DNA of 43,803 nucleotides, from positions 1 to 43,803 of IMG/VR virus record IMGVR_UViG_3300048598_000512; one strand, written 5' to 3'. Source of the DNA: a virus (lineage: Duplodnaviria; Caudoviricetes). Below, piece by piece: positions 18,058-27,927 of the stretch (positions are counted from its first letter, which is position 1; the number at the start of each line of letters is the position of its first letter). The notes beneath the pieces are model-generated. The model saw nothing but the letters and a program-made list of their open reading frames with translations. It was not told the origin of the DNA and did no database searches. Position numbers and translations under genes: made by a program.

Positions 18058-18082
18058 AAGGCCCGCCACAAGCGGGCTTTTT
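18058..18082 (+). terminator. Intrinsic terminator (tR'-like) before terminase
   Basis: GCCCGC-CACAA-GCGGGC-TTTTT. Confidence 0.8.
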
Positions 18083-18100
18083 GCGTTTTGGGAGGTCCGC

Positions 18101-18628
18101 ATGGCTGATCCATGTGGGGCCAAAACGCGAACTGGGGCCCCCTGCAAGAACACCGCGATCCTGGCCAACGGTCGTTGCCGCATGCATGGCGGGACGAACA
18201 CCGGAGCGCCAGCCAAGAACACCAACTCGGTCAAGCACGGCTTCTACTGCAACGCGTTGCAGCCTGACGAGAAGAAGCTGTGGGAGCGCGTTGAGCTGGG
18301 CACCGTCGACGACGAAATCCGGCTGATGAAGGTCAAACTGTTCCGCCTGGTGAAGCTCTCCGGAAACGCGGACGTCGCCGGCTTGGTCGACTCGGCCCTT
18401 GAGATCGCACAGAAGCACGGCGAAGATGTGAAGGGCCTGCCCTTCGACAAGACGGAGATCAAGGTCAACTCCCCGCAGTATGGCGAGCTGATCATCAAGG
18501 CCCTGGACTCCATCGCCAAGCTGGAGCGCACGCGCTTACAGCTGCGCCTGGGCGAGAAGGAACTCGAGAAGGACGACCCGAACGCCAACACCATCGACGG
18601 CATTGAGGTCGTCGAATATGACGACTAG
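18101..18628 (+). CDS. Terminase small subunit (HGGxSTG-type N-terminus)
   Basis: CGAKTRTGAPC..NGRCRMHGG, NSVKHGFY; GGAGG SD; directly upstream of the large subunit. Confidence 0.85.
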   Translation: MADPCGAKTRTGAPCKNTAILANGRCRMHGGTNTGAPAKNTNSVKHGFYCNALQPDEKKLWERVELGTVDDEIRLMKVKLFRLVKLSGNADVAGLVDSALEIAQKHGEDVKGLPFDKTEIKVNSPQYGELIIKALDSIAKLERTRLQLRLGEKELEKDDPNANTIDGIEVVEYDD

Positions 18629-19892
18629 GCGCGTGCTCCGGTTCCGCGCCACAACCCCGCAAGCAGCCTTCGCCAACTCGCCCGCCAAATTCCCGGCCTT
18701 CGTCGGGGGATTTGGCTCGGGCAAGACGCACTCCGGCGTGATGCGGGCCCTGCGGCTCAAGTTCGCATACCCGATGCAGGACGTGGCTTACTACCTACCG
18801 ACCTACGATCTGGTCAGCATGATCGGCTACCCGCGCTTTCAGTTGTCCCTCGACGCCGCGGGCATCAAGTACCGGCTCAACGAGAGCAAGCACATCGTCT
18901 ACATCGCCGGGCGCGGCAAGGTGTTCTTCCGGACGCTCGACAACCCGGACAGGATCGTCGGCTACGAGGTGGCCGACAGCATCGTCGACGAGCTGGACAC
19001 GCTCAAGACGCCGGACGCTGAGCGATGCTGGCAGCAGATCATCGCGCGCAACCGGCAGAAGAAGCCGGACGGCATGCCGAACACAGTCGGCGTGGCCACG
19101 ACGCCGGAAGGCTTCCGGTTCTGCTACGGCCGCTGGCAGAAGGACCCGGCCCCGGGTTATGAGCTGATCAGGGCCAGCACGCACAGCAACGCGCGCAACC
19201 TGCCCGCGGACTACATCGACGCGCTCATGCGCTCCTACCCGGCCCAGCTGGTGCAGGCGTACCTTGAGGGCTACTTCGTCAACCTGACCCAGGGCGCGGT
19301 CTACCCGGACTTCTCCCGCGAGCTGAACCACACGCCCGAGACCATCATCGAGGGCGAAGAGCTGCACATCGGGCTCGACTTCAACGTCTACAACTGCACG
19401 GCCATCGTGGGCGTGATCCGCTTCGGCTGGCCGCTCATCCTGGGCGAGCTGGTCAAGATGCGCGACACCCCTGACGTGTGCGCCACGATCAAGGAGAAGT
19501 TCCCGGGCCACAAGGTGCACGTCTACCCGGACGCCTCTGGCCAGAGCAACCGCACCGTGAACGCCACGGAATCGGACATCACGATTCTGCGCGCGGCCGG
19601 TTTCAACGTCCGCGTCCCCAGTAGGAACCCTTTCGTCAAGGAGCGCGTGGCCGAGGTCAACGCCTTGATCTGCAACGGCCTGGGCATGCGCACGCTCATG
19701 GTCAACACCCACGCCTGCCCGGTGCTGACCGAGTGCCTGGAGCAGCAGACCTACGACAAGAACAGCGAGCCGGACAAGGCCACGGGCAAAGACCATCCGC
19801 CCGATGCGCTCGGATACTTCGTGCATTTCAACTGGCCGATTGTGCGGCCCACAGCAACACAACGCGCCGTGGTGGTGCATATGGACAGGTAG
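18618..19892 (+). CDS. Terminase large subunit
   Basis: GGFGSGKT, IVDELD, ATTPEG, IGLDFN, YPDASG, DHPPDALGY. Confidence 0.95.
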   Translation: MTTRRVLRFRATTPQAAFANSPAKFPAFVGGFGSGKTHSGVMRALRLKFAYPMQDVAYYLPTYDLVSMIGYPRFQLSLDAAGIKYRLNESKHIVYIAGRGKVFFRTLDNPDRIVGYEVADSIVDELDTLKTPDAERCWQQIIARNRQKKPDGMPNTVGVATTPEGFRFCYGRWQKDPAPGYELIRASTHSNARNLPADYIDALMRSYPAQLVQAYLEGYFVNLTQGAVYPDFSRELNHTPETIIEGEELHIGLDFNVYNCTAIVGVIRFGWPLILGELVKMRDTPDVCATIKEKFPGHKVHVYPDASGQSNRTVNATESDITILRAAGFNVRVPSRNPFVKERVAEVNALICNGLGMRTLMVNTHACPVLTECLEQQTYDKNSEPDKATGKDHPPDALGYFVHFNWPIVRPTATQRAVVVHMDR

Positions 19893-19896
19893 CAGC

Positions 19897-21348
19897 ATGC
19901 TCAAGACGCTCAAAGCCACCTTCCCGCGTGACCCGGACCTCCCGGACCGCACCGCTGAGCTGGTGTGGCTCACCCACGTCCTGCGAGGCCGCCTGTACGA
20001 CAACCTGACTCATGCCTTCCACACCGAGAAGAACGAGGCGGGCGAGTATGTCCCCTTGCGGGACCGCCGGCCGAGCGTGCGCTACAAACTCTGCTCGCTC
20101 GTGGTCGACGACTCCGTGTCCCTGCTCTTCAGCGAGAGCCATTTCCCGGAGATCGAGCACGAGGACAAGGAGACCAAGGAGTTCCTGGCCAGGCTCTGCA
20201 AAGAACTGGCCCTGAACATGGTGATGATCGACGCCGCGACCCGCGGGTCGGTCGGGTCCGTGGCCCTGTTCCTGCGCGTCATTGAGCAGCGCGTGTTCCT
20301 GGAGGCCCTGGACACCGCATACCTGACGCCCACCTGGCGCCCGACCGCACCCGACACCTTGGCGGGCGTCACCGAGCGCTACAAGGTCAAGGGTCGCGTC
20401 CTGAAGGCCATGGGATACCTGGCCGACAAGGACGAAGAGGACTACTGGTTCCAGCGCGACTGGACCGAGGCTCAGGAGATCATTTACTACCCGCTCTCCG
20501 TGGCCGACGCGAAGGCGGGCATGCAACCCCAGGTGGACCCCGGCCGCGTCACCACGCATAGCCTGGGCTTCGTGCCCCTGGTGTGGGTCAAGAACCTGCC
20601 GGGCGGCGACGAGATCGACGGGCTGCCGACCTTCCCGAATGAGGCCATCGAGACGGGCATCGAGATCGACTACCAGCTCTCGCAGGCCGGGCGCGGCCTG
20701 AAGTACAGCAGCGATCCGACCTTACTTGTCAAGGAACCCGCCAACGGCGAGAGCGGCAAGATGGTCAAGGGCGGCGGGAATGCCATCGTAGTCGGTAAAG
20801 ACGGCGATGCGAAGATGCTCGAGATCAACGGGACCGCGGCCGAGGCCGTGCTCGCGTATGTCGACAAGCTGCGCACCCTGGCCCTGGAGTCCATGCACGG
20901 CAACCGCAGCGACGCGGACAAGCTGAGCGCGGCCCAGAGTGGGCGCGCCCTGGAGCTGATGCACCAGGCCCTGATCTGGCTGGCGGACCGGCTGCGCATC
21001 TCCTACGGCGAGGGCGCTCTCCTTTCGTTGCTCAACATGATCGTCCAGGCGTCCGAAAAGCTCGGCGGCCTTCGGTTCAAGGACGGCACGAAGTTCGTCT
21101 TGAAGGCCGACAAGCCGTTGTCGCTTCGCTGGCCCGCGTGGTTCACGCCGACGACACAGGACATGCTCCAGACCGCCCAGACGCTCAACACGCTCGTCAA
21201 GGGCGGGCTCATGAGCCGCGAGACTGCGGTCAAGGTCCTCGCCGCCCAGTACGACATCGAGGACACCAAGGCCGAGCTTGCGCTGATCCAGGCCGAGATG
21301 GTCGCACGCGACGAGGCGGCCAAGAAAACCATTTCCATCGCCGAGTAA
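19897..21348 (+). CDS. Portal protein (SPP1 gp6-like)
   Basis: 483 aa directly after terminase; HSLGFVPLVWVKN, AQSGRAL, MSRETAV. Confidence 0.85.
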   Translation: MLKTLKATFPRDPDLPDRTAELVWLTHVLRGRLYDNLTHAFHTEKNEAGEYVPLRDRRPSVRYKLCSLVVDDSVSLLFSESHFPEIEHEDKETKEFLARLCKELALNMVMIDAATRGSVGSVALFLRVIEQRVFLEALDTAYLTPTWRPTAPDTLAGVTERYKVKGRVLKAMGYLADKDEEDYWFQRDWTEAQEIIYYPLSVADAKAGMQPQVDPGRVTTHSLGFVPLVWVKNLPGGDEIDGLPTFPNEAIETGIEIDYQLSQAGRGLKYSSDPTLLVKEPANGESGKMVKGGGNAIVVGKDGDAKMLEINGTAAEAVLAYVDKLRTLALESMHGNRSDADKLSAAQSGRALELMHQALIWLADRLRISYGEGALLSLLNMIVQASEKLGGLRFKDGTKFVLKADKPLSLRWPAWFTPTTQDMLQTAQTLNTLVKGGLMSRETAVKVLAAQYDIEDTKAELALIQAEMVARDEAAKKTISIAE

Positions 21349-21420
21349 CGCCCGGGCCCTGCGCCCCGGCTCAACTTTAACTGGCCCGCTTGATGCGGGC
21401 CTTCCCTTTTGGAGGGCTTG

Positions 21421-21966
21421 ATGCCTGACCCGAACGCTGATCCGAACAATCCCCCGGCCAAAGACCCCGGCACCCCGCCGCCCGCCGCTCTCCCGCGTGA
21501 GCCCGAGACCTTCTCGCGCGACTACGTGAAGGAGCTGCGACACGAGAACGCCAGCTACCGCACCAGGGCCCAGGAGGCCGCGCGCGCAGCTGAAGAGGCC
21601 AAGTTGGCGGCCGAAAAAGCCACCAAGGATGCCGAGGACCGCGTGACCAGCGCCACGCAGGCGGCCAACGAGCGCATCATCCGCGCCGAGCTCAAGGCCG
21701 CGGCGCTCAAGGCTGGTATGGTCGACCTTGACGGGCTCAAGCTCGCTGACCTCTCCAAGGTCAAGCTGAACGACGAGACCGGCGAAGTCGAAGGTGCTGA
21801 CGAGCTCATGGCCGCCATGAAGGAGGCCAAGCCGTACCTCTTCGGAACCGGGTCGACCACGAACCTGGACAAGACGCCCCCCAAGGACCCGCCCAAGGCC
21901 AAGACGGCCCAGGACATGACGCCTGAGGAGTGGAAAGCCCACCAGAAGAAGACCGGCGTGCGCTAG
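21421..21966 (+). CDS. Head scaffolding protein
   Basis: YVKELRHENASYR, coiled coil, AKPYLFG; between portal and capsid. Confidence 0.82.
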   Translation: MPDPNADPNNPPAKDPGTPPPAALPREPETFSRDYVKELRHENASYRTRAQEAARAAEEAKLAAEKATKDAEDRVTSATQAANERIIRAELKAAALKAGMVDLDGLKLADLSKVKLNDETGEVEGADELMAAMKEAKPYLFGTGSTTNLDKTPPKDPPKAKTAQDMTPEEWKAHQKKTGVR

Positions 21967-22046
21967 TCGCGCGCCGCACAAGCACCTGATCGGGGCCTGG
22001 CGCCCATGCAGGGGACCCCAAACCATCAACTGCAAGGAGCCCGACC

Positions 22047-23357
22047 ATGGGTATCACCGCTTTCCCGGCTGCGCTGCAGCCCATCATCCAGCAGGGCTTT
22101 CTGGAGCGCCAGTTCCAGAGCGGCCTGCAGTCCCGGCTCGGCTTTCGCGCCATCGCTGACCGCGAGACCTTCGCCATCGGCATCGGCGAGACGCTGACCA
22201 AGACCCGCACCGGCCTCAAGGCCGCTGCCACCACGCCGTTGACCCCGTCCGGCAACACCAACCTGGACAATGGCCTGACCCCTGCCGGGTTCAGCGTCGA
22301 GCAGTACACCATGGCCCTGGCCATGTACGGCGACACCATCGACCTGAACATGGTGACCAGCCGCGTGGCCATCGCCAGCCAGTTCGAGAAGAACGCCTAC
22401 GTGAACGGCGAGCAGGCCATGAAGACCCTGGACGTGCTCGCGCGCGACGCGCTGTTCGGCGCCTACCTGGGCGGCAACACCCGCGTCGTGACCACCCTGG
22501 GCGCGCCCGGCACTACCGTGGCCGTCGACGACATCCGCGGCTTCCGGTACGTGCTGGTCAACGGCGTCATGACCGCCGTGTCCGCAACGCACGTCCTGGC
22601 CGTCACCATCAACGGCGCGGCCTACACCTGTACCGGCGCCACCGCTGACGAAGTCAACGTGAGCACCGCTCCCGGCGGCATCAGCGGCACCCTGACCTTG
22701 AGCGCCAACTGCAGCGTGGCCAACGGCACCGCCGCCAACGCTGTCGTGGCCGCGACCGCCCCCATGGTCTACCGCCCCAGCGCCCGCGCCACCACCGCTG
22801 CCCTGGTGGCCGGCGACACCCTGAAGATGAAGAACGTGCTTCAGGCCGTGGCCGACCTGCGCAGCAACAACGTGCCCACCGTCGATGGCCGCTACCATTG
22901 CTACCTCGACGACCGGCAGATCCTGGGCCTGTTCGACGACACCCAGTTCCAGTACCTCTACCGCGGCCAGTATGGCAGCGAGGCCTACCAGGAGGGGCAG
23001 ATCATCGACCTCATGGGCGTGCGCTTCGCTCCCAACAACCTGGCCCCGCAGCAGGCCACCCTGGGCGCTGGCGCGATTCACCGCGGCATCGTCTGCGGCG
23101 CGGGCGCGCTGGTCGAGGGCAACTACGCCGCGACCGGCTACACGGACGTCGACAACCCCGACAGCCTGAAGGTCATGGTCGACGACGTGTGCATGGTCAC
23201 CCGTGAGCCCCTGGACCGCCTGCAGCAGATCATCGCGCAGTCGTGGTACTGGATCGGCGGCTACGCCGTTCCGACCGACGCGACCGCCAATGCCACCGTG
23301 CTGCCGACCGCGACGAACAGCTACTTCAAGCGCGCCGTGGTCCTCGAGTCCCTGTAA
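22047..23357 (+). CDS. Major capsid protein
   Basis: 436 aa, AAGGAG SD, strongly biased codon use, position after scaffold, followed by a terminator. Confidence 0.85.
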   Translation: MGITAFPAALQPIIQQGFLERQFQSGLQSRLGFRAIADRETFAIGIGETLTKTRTGLKAAATTPLTPSGNTNLDNGLTPAGFSVEQYTMALAMYGDTIDLNMVTSRVAIASQFEKNAYVNGEQAMKTLDVLARDALFGAYLGGNTRVVTTLGAPGTTVAVDDIRGFRYVLVNGVMTAVSATHVLAVTINGAAYTCTGATADEVNVSTAPGGISGTLTLSANCSVANGTAANAVVAATAPMVYRPSARATTAALVAGDTLKMKNVLQAVADLRSNNVPTVDGRYHCYLDDRQILGLFDDTQFQYLYRGQYGSEAYQEGQIIDLMGVRFAPNNLAPQQATLGAGAIHRGIVCGAGALVEGNYAATGYTDVDNPDSLKVMVDDVCMVTREPLDRLQQIIAQSWYWIGGYAVPTDATANATVLPTATNSYFKRAVVLESL

Positions 23358-23370
23358 CCGTCAATCCGCA

Positions 23371-23406
23371 AAGGGGTGGGGTGGCTTCGGCTGCCCCGCC
23401 CCTTTT
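23371..23406 (+). terminator. Intrinsic terminator after the capsid gene
   Basis: GGGGTGGGGTGGC-TTCG-GCTGCCCCGCCCC-TTTT. Confidence 0.75.
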
Positions 23407-23420
23407 CTATGGAGAAAGCC

Positions 23421-23780
23421 ATGGCCAAGAGAAACAGCCCCAAGGCCCCGAAGGTCCCGCCCGCTCCTGCCGTCGGCCCCGACGAGCCCAAGGCCGCCGA
23501 CGCTGCGGCCGTTCCCGCTGACCTGACCCTGGGAACCCCGGACCCTGCCCCGGCTGCCCCTGCTGCCTCGGCCGACCCCGTGGCCCCGGCCCCGGATGAG
23601 ACGAAGAAGGCCAAGTCGAAGCTGCCCGAGTCCGTCACCCTGGCGGCCCCGCACGGCTACATCGACGACAGCGGCGAGAACCACCACTGGCACCCGGGCA
23701 CCGTCGTGACCGACCAGAAGGAAATCTCCGAGCTCATGAAGCGCAAGGCCCCGCTCAAGGGCATCACCCACGAAGGCTAG
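23421..23780 (+). CDS. Hypothetical virion-module protein, Pro/Ala-rich N-terminus
   Basis: GGAG SD, ATG 23421, 119 aa. Confidence 0.7.
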   Translation: MAKRNSPKAPKVPPAPAVGPDEPKAADAAAVPADLTLGTPDPAPAAPAASADPVAPAPDETKKAKSKLPESVTLAAPHGYIDDSGENHHWHPGTVVTDQKEISELMKRKAPLKGITHEG

Positions 23781-23790
23781 GAGCTGACCC

Positions 23791-24171
23791 ATGGCTTTGA
23801 CAGACGCCCAAAAGGTGGACGTGCGGCGCTACTGCGGCTTCCCGGCCTACGGCGGGCAGCCTGTCCAGGCCTTCGGCCATCGCTTCTACCAGCATTACGG
23901 CACCCTCGAGTTCCGCATGAACAACATGCAGGCAGCGGAGGAAACGGTCGTTACCGGCTACCTCACGAAGCTGGCCACGCTCGAGGCTGCCGTGACCGGG
24001 GCCAGTGACAACCTGGACACGGCCGTCGCCGCGGTCTGGACTCACAACCCGAACGAGGTGCGCGACCGCATGGGCCTTTACCGCATGTGGCGCCTGGAAC
24101 TCTGCAAGTTCTTCGGCGTCCCGGCGGGCCCGGGCCTGGAAGGGTCTGGCGGCATCGAGCTTGTGGTGTAG
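23791..24171 (+). CDS. Putative head-tail adaptor
   Basis: 126 aa, AGGAG SD; function inferred from position. Confidence 0.6.
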   Translation: MALTDAQKVDVRRYCGFPAYGGQPVQAFGHRFYQHYGTLEFRMNNMQAAEETVVTGYLTKLATLEAAVTGASDNLDTAVAAVWTHNPNEVRDRMGLYRMWRLELCKFFGVPAGPGLEGSGGIELVV

Positions 24172-24175
24172 GGCC

Positions 24176-24547
24176 ATGACTGCTTACCCGAAGGTCAAGC
24201 TGACCCCGCTCACCCTGGCCCGGAACAGGTGGAAGGACGGGAAGAACTGCTGGTCCGTAGCCAGCCTCATTGAGGAAGCCAAGGGCCTGAAGCCGTTCGA
24301 CCTTCCCTTGTGCTGCATCTACATCGCCACGGACATCTTCGCTCCGGTGACGAACGCCAAGGCCCTGGCTGAGCATGTCATGCGGGTGAACGCTGTAGAC
24401 ATGGACCACCCGGTCATTCTTGATGCTGATGGCTTTATCATGGACGGCTGGCACCGCGTCGTGCGGGCCCTCGCCGAGGGGCGCGAGACCATCAAGGCCG
24501 TGCGCTTCGAGGTGACACCAGAGCCGAACTACCTCGAAGAAGGCTAG
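24176..24547 (+). CDS. ParB/sulfiredoxin N-terminal-like protein
   Basis: HPVILDADGFIMDGWHRVVRALAEG is a ParBc-type motif; 123 aa. Confidence 0.65.
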   Translation: MTAYPKVKLTPLTLARNRWKDGKNCWSVASLIEEAKGLKPFDLPLCCIYIATDIFAPVTNAKALAEHVMRVNAVDMDHPVILDADGFIMDGWHRVVRALAEGRETIKAVRFEVTPEPNYLEEG

Positions 24548-24554
24548 GGACATC

Positions 24555-25208
24555 ATGGACGCGACCAAGCTTCAGGCGAAGATCAACGGCGGCTACGCCA
24601 AGGCCGCCCAGCGCCTGGGCCTGTCGTGCGGCCAGTACCGGCCGACCTCGGCCCTCACCGCAGCCATCGCCCCGGGCAATCGGCTGCGCGCGATCCTGGC
24701 CAGCTTCAACGCCGAGGACATGAAGTACAGCAAGCCCAACAAATATGGCAAGGCCACGTGGTACTGCCTGGCCGACGGCTCGCTGCTCAAGGTCGGCGAC
24801 TACCTCGTGCAGCCTGACGGCTCGGCCTATTTCATCGCGGGCATGCAGCTGCATCTGCCGATCTTCGTGGTCGGCTGCAACCGCACCGTGGACATCTTGC
24901 GCCCTCAGCAGGCCTCTGGTGTCGGCGCAGTCGGCTACGGCGGCAACATCGCGGCGACGGAGACACCGCTCGTCACGCAGTTCGCTGCCAGCATCCTGCA
25001 GGGCACCAAGGGCGAAAAGAGCCCCGTGGACCTGCCGGGCGACGTGCGCATTCCCTGGTGGGCCGTGCTCCTCCCCGTGCTCCCCGGCGGGGTGTCCCTG
25101 CGCACCGGAGACATCATCAACGACGACATGGCCAGGCGCTACATCATCTCGAGCGCCGAACTGACGGACCTGGGCTGGCGCATAACGGCCATGCAGGCGG
25201 AGACATAG
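24555..25208 (+). CDS. Putative head-closure/neck protein
   Basis: 217 aa with two similar beta-rich halves (LKVGDYLV, LRTGDII); position. Confidence 0.6.
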   Translation: MDATKLQAKINGGYAKAAQRLGLSCGQYRPTSALTAAIAPGNRLRAILASFNAEDMKYSKPNKYGKATWYCLADGSLLKVGDYLVQPDGSAYFIAGMQLHLPIFVVGCNRTVDILRPQQASGVGAVGYGGNIAATETPLVTQFAASILQGTKGEKSPVDLPGDVRIPWWAVLLPVLPGGVSLRTGDIINDDMARRYIISSAELTDLGWRITAMQAET

Positions 25209-25211
25209 GCC

Positions 25212-26069
25212 ATGGCGGATATCACAGACGTTTTCAACGCGCTCGTGTCCAAGAGCGCCCAGGTGCTGTACCCACAGGGCACCAGCGCGCCGTCCGGCGT
25301 TGGCGTCCCGGCCATGGTCTACGCTGGCTGGCCCATCGCGGCGACTCTGGACGAAGACCTCTTGGCGCTGTCCAAGGGCCTCTCCACCGGCAAGGTGCAC
25401 GTCAGCGTGTTCGCCTCGGACATCGAGCGCAACACCACGCGCTACCTGCGCGACTGGAAGACGGCCGTCGAGCCCGTGCAGACCCTGACGACGGCTATCT
25501 CTGGCCAGACCATCACCATCGGCGGGACGGTGGCCACGCCCCAGAACGTCATGGCCATGGTGGACAGGCTGCCCTACGTCTACCCGGTGCAGGCGGGCAA
25601 CACGCTCACCAGCATCGCGACTGGCCTTGCGGCCCTGATCCCCGGGGCCACGAGCGTCGGCCATGTTGTCACCGTGCCGGACAGTTCCATGCTGACCGCG
25701 GCCCGGGTCGGCGCGGCCGGCACAAGCGTCATGGAGATCCGGCGCCAAGAGCGCATCATGATGCTCTCGGTCTGGGCCGACAGCCCCGCGCACCGTGACG
25801 CCGTGGCTCAGGCCCTGGACATCGCCCTGGCGGACACCACTTTTTTGACGATGCCCGACCACACGGCAGCACGCCTACTCTACCGGGCATCGCACATCAT
25901 CGACGACAAGCAGAAGGTCCGGCTCTACCGGCGCGATCTGCTCTACTCGGTGGAGTATGCCACCACGCTCGTCGAGAACGACATGCAGATCACGCAGACC
26001 CAGCTGGACGTAAGCGCGGCCGTCGCGGGCGTCGAGCCTTACACCCCTGTCGCAACGACTTTTGACTGA
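25212..26069 (+). CDS. Putative tail completion/terminator protein
   Basis: 285 aa upstream of the sheath gene; function inferred from position. Confidence 0.55.
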   Translation: MADITDVFNALVSKSAQVLYPQGTSAPSGVGVPAMVYAGWPIAATLDEDLLALSKGLSTGKVHVSVFASDIERNTTRYLRDWKTAVEPVQTLTTAISGQTITIGGTVATPQNVMAMVDRLPYVYPVQAGNTLTSIATGLAALIPGATSVGHVVTVPDSSMLTAARVGAAGTSVMEIRRQERIMMLSVWADSPAHRDAVAQALDIALADTTFLTMPDHTAARLLYRASHIIDDKQKVRLYRRDLLYSVEYATTLVENDMQITQTQLDVSAAVAGVEPYTPVATTFD

Positions 26070-26080
26070 GGAGAAACGCC

Positions 26081-26248
26081 ATGCTCGCACTCACCGTCGT
26101 CCATGACTTCGGCCCCTACACCCGGGGCGACCAGATCACCGACCCGGCGCTGATCGCCGAGATCAAGGATTCCGAGAACCACGCCAACGTGGTGCAGGTC
26201 GATGTCCCCGATGCGCTTGATGCGCCGAAGGCCCGCGCGAAGTCCTGA
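26081..26248 (+). CDS. Small hypothetical protein (55 aa, not in the ORF track)
   Basis: GAGGAG SD; MLALTVVHDFGPYTRGDQITDP...KARAKS. Confidence 0.7.
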   Translation: MLALTVVHDFGPYTRGDQITDPALIAEIKDSENHANVVQVDVPDALDAPKARAKS

Positions 26249-26276
26249 CGGCTCCGCGACCAACCACCAACAGCCG

Positions 26277-26301
26277 AAAGCCGCCCAGGGGCGGCTTTTT
26301 T
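26277..26301 (+). terminator. Intrinsic terminator before the sheath gene
   Basis: AAAGCCGCC-CAGG-GGCGGC-TTTTTT. Confidence 0.8.
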
Positions 26302-26328
26302 ATGCGCATCGCATAGAGGAGGCCAGCC

Positions 26329-27873
26329 ATGCCCGTGACCCAGCAGGGCCAGATCAACACGACCGCGTTGGTCGTGCCGGACCTTTACGTCCAGATCGTC
26401 CCGCCCCAGACCCAGTACATCAACGGCGTGCCGACCAACATTCTCGGCATCGTCGGCACCGCCAGTTGGGGCCCGACGAACAGCCCGACGGTGGTCGGAA
26501 ACATGGCGCAGTACGCCGCCATCTTCGGCCCCGTGATGCCCAGGAAGTATGACCTGGGCACCCCCTTGGCCGCCGCGATCATGCAGGGGGCGAACAACTT
26601 CCGCGTGGTGCGCGTGACCGACGGCACCGACACCGCGGCCCTGATCGCGGTCCTGACCAACTGCATCACCTTCACCAGCAAGTACACCGGCAGCTTCGGC
26701 AACCAGATCTCCGTCACCGTGGGCCCGGGCTCCCAGGCCAACACGCAGAAGGTCGTTGTCGCCGCTCCTGGTCTGGTGCCGGAGTGCTTCGACAACATCG
26801 GCCTTGGCCTCACCGGCAACGCCCTCTGGGTCGCCATCGCCAATGCCATCAACAACGGGACCAACGCCCTGCGCGGCCCCTCTCAGCTCATCGTGGCCTC
26901 GGCTGGCGTTGGCACCACCGCCCCGGTGAACACCGCGACCAGCTACGCCCTGGCTGGCGGAACCGACGGCACCGCGACCCTCACCGCTTCGGTGCTTCTG
27001 GGCGTTGACACCGTGCCCCGTAAGGGCATGTACGCCTTGCGCAACACCGGGGCCAGCGTGGCCATGCTCGCCGACACCGACGACAACACGTCCTGGGCCG
27101 CGCAGATCGCTTTCGGCCTGGCCGAGGGCATCTACATGATCCTGGCCGGGCCGTCCGGAGACACCATCAGCAACGCCGTGACCGTCAAGGGCACCGCGGG
27201 CGTCGACAGCTACGCCGCGAAGCTCCTGTTCGGCGACTGGGTCTACTGGCTGGACACCTACAACAACCAGCTGCGCCTGATCAGCCCGCAGGGCTTCATC
27301 GCTGGCCTTCTGGCGAACCTGAGCCCGCAGAACAGCACGCTCAACAAGCAGCTGCAGGGCATCGTTGGCACCCAGAAGACCTACGCGAACCAGCAGTACA
27401 GCTCGGCTGAGCTCCAGCTGCTCGGGTCTGCCGGGATCGACCTGATCACCAACCCGGTGCCCGGCGGCAGCTACTTCGGCGCTCGCTTCGGGCACAACAC
27501 GTCCAGCAACCCCATGGTGCACGGCGACAACTACACCCGCATGACCAACTACATCGCCTACACGCTGAACGGCGGCATGGGCGGCTTCGTTGGCAAGCTG
27601 CAGAGCCCGACCGTGCGCCAGCAGGCCCAGGACACCATCAGCGCGTTCCTGTCCAACCTGGAGCAGCAGGGGATGATCGGCGATGCCGACGGCGGCGCCG
27701 CCTTCAGCGTGGTCCTGGACAAGGGCAACAACCCGCCTTCGCGTGTGGCCCTGGGCTACATGCAGTGCGATGTGAAGGTGAAGTACCTGAGCGTCATCGA
27801 GTTCTTCCTCATCAACGTGGAAGGCGGCCAGAGCGTCCAGGTCTCCAGGCCCGCGACCAAGTTCGCGGCCTAG
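26329..27873 (+). CDS. Tail sheath protein
   Basis: VPDLYVQI, GIVGTASWGP.N.P, LAGGTDG, FSVVLDKGNNPPSRVALG, VIEFFLINV. Confidence 0.92.
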   Translation: MPVTQQGQINTTALVVPDLYVQIVPPQTQYINGVPTNILGIVGTASWGPTNSPTVVGNMAQYAAIFGPVMPRKYDLGTPLAAAIMQGANNFRVVRVTDGTDTAALIAVLTNCITFTSKYTGSFGNQISVTVGPGSQANTQKVVVAAPGLVPECFDNIGLGLTGNALWVAIANAINNGTNALRGPSQLIVASAGVGTTAPVNTATSYALAGGTDGTATLTASVLLGVDTVPRKGMYALRNTGASVAMLADTDDNTSWAAQIAFGLAEGIYMILAGPSGDTISNAVTVKGTAGVDSYAAKLLFGDWVYWLDTYNNQLRLISPQGFIAGLLANLSPQNSTLNKQLQGIVGTQKTYANQQYSSAELQLLGSAGIDLITNPVPGGSYFGARFGHNTSSNPMVHGDNYTRMTNYIAYTLNGGMGGFVGKLQSPTVRQQAQDTISAFLSNLEQQGMIGDADGGAAFSVVLDKGNNPPSRVALGYMQCDVKVKYLSVIEFFLINVEGGQSVQVSRPATKFAA

Positions 27874-27887
27874 TCGTAACACCAGAA

Positions 27888-27916
27888 GGGGGGCCCACAC
27901 GGCCCCCCTCTTCTTT
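27888..27916 (+). terminator. Hairpin / weak terminator between sheath and tube genes
   Basis: GGGGGGCC-CACAC-GGCCCCCC-TCTTCTTT. Confidence 0.5.
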
Positions 27917-27927
27917 CGGAGGAAACC

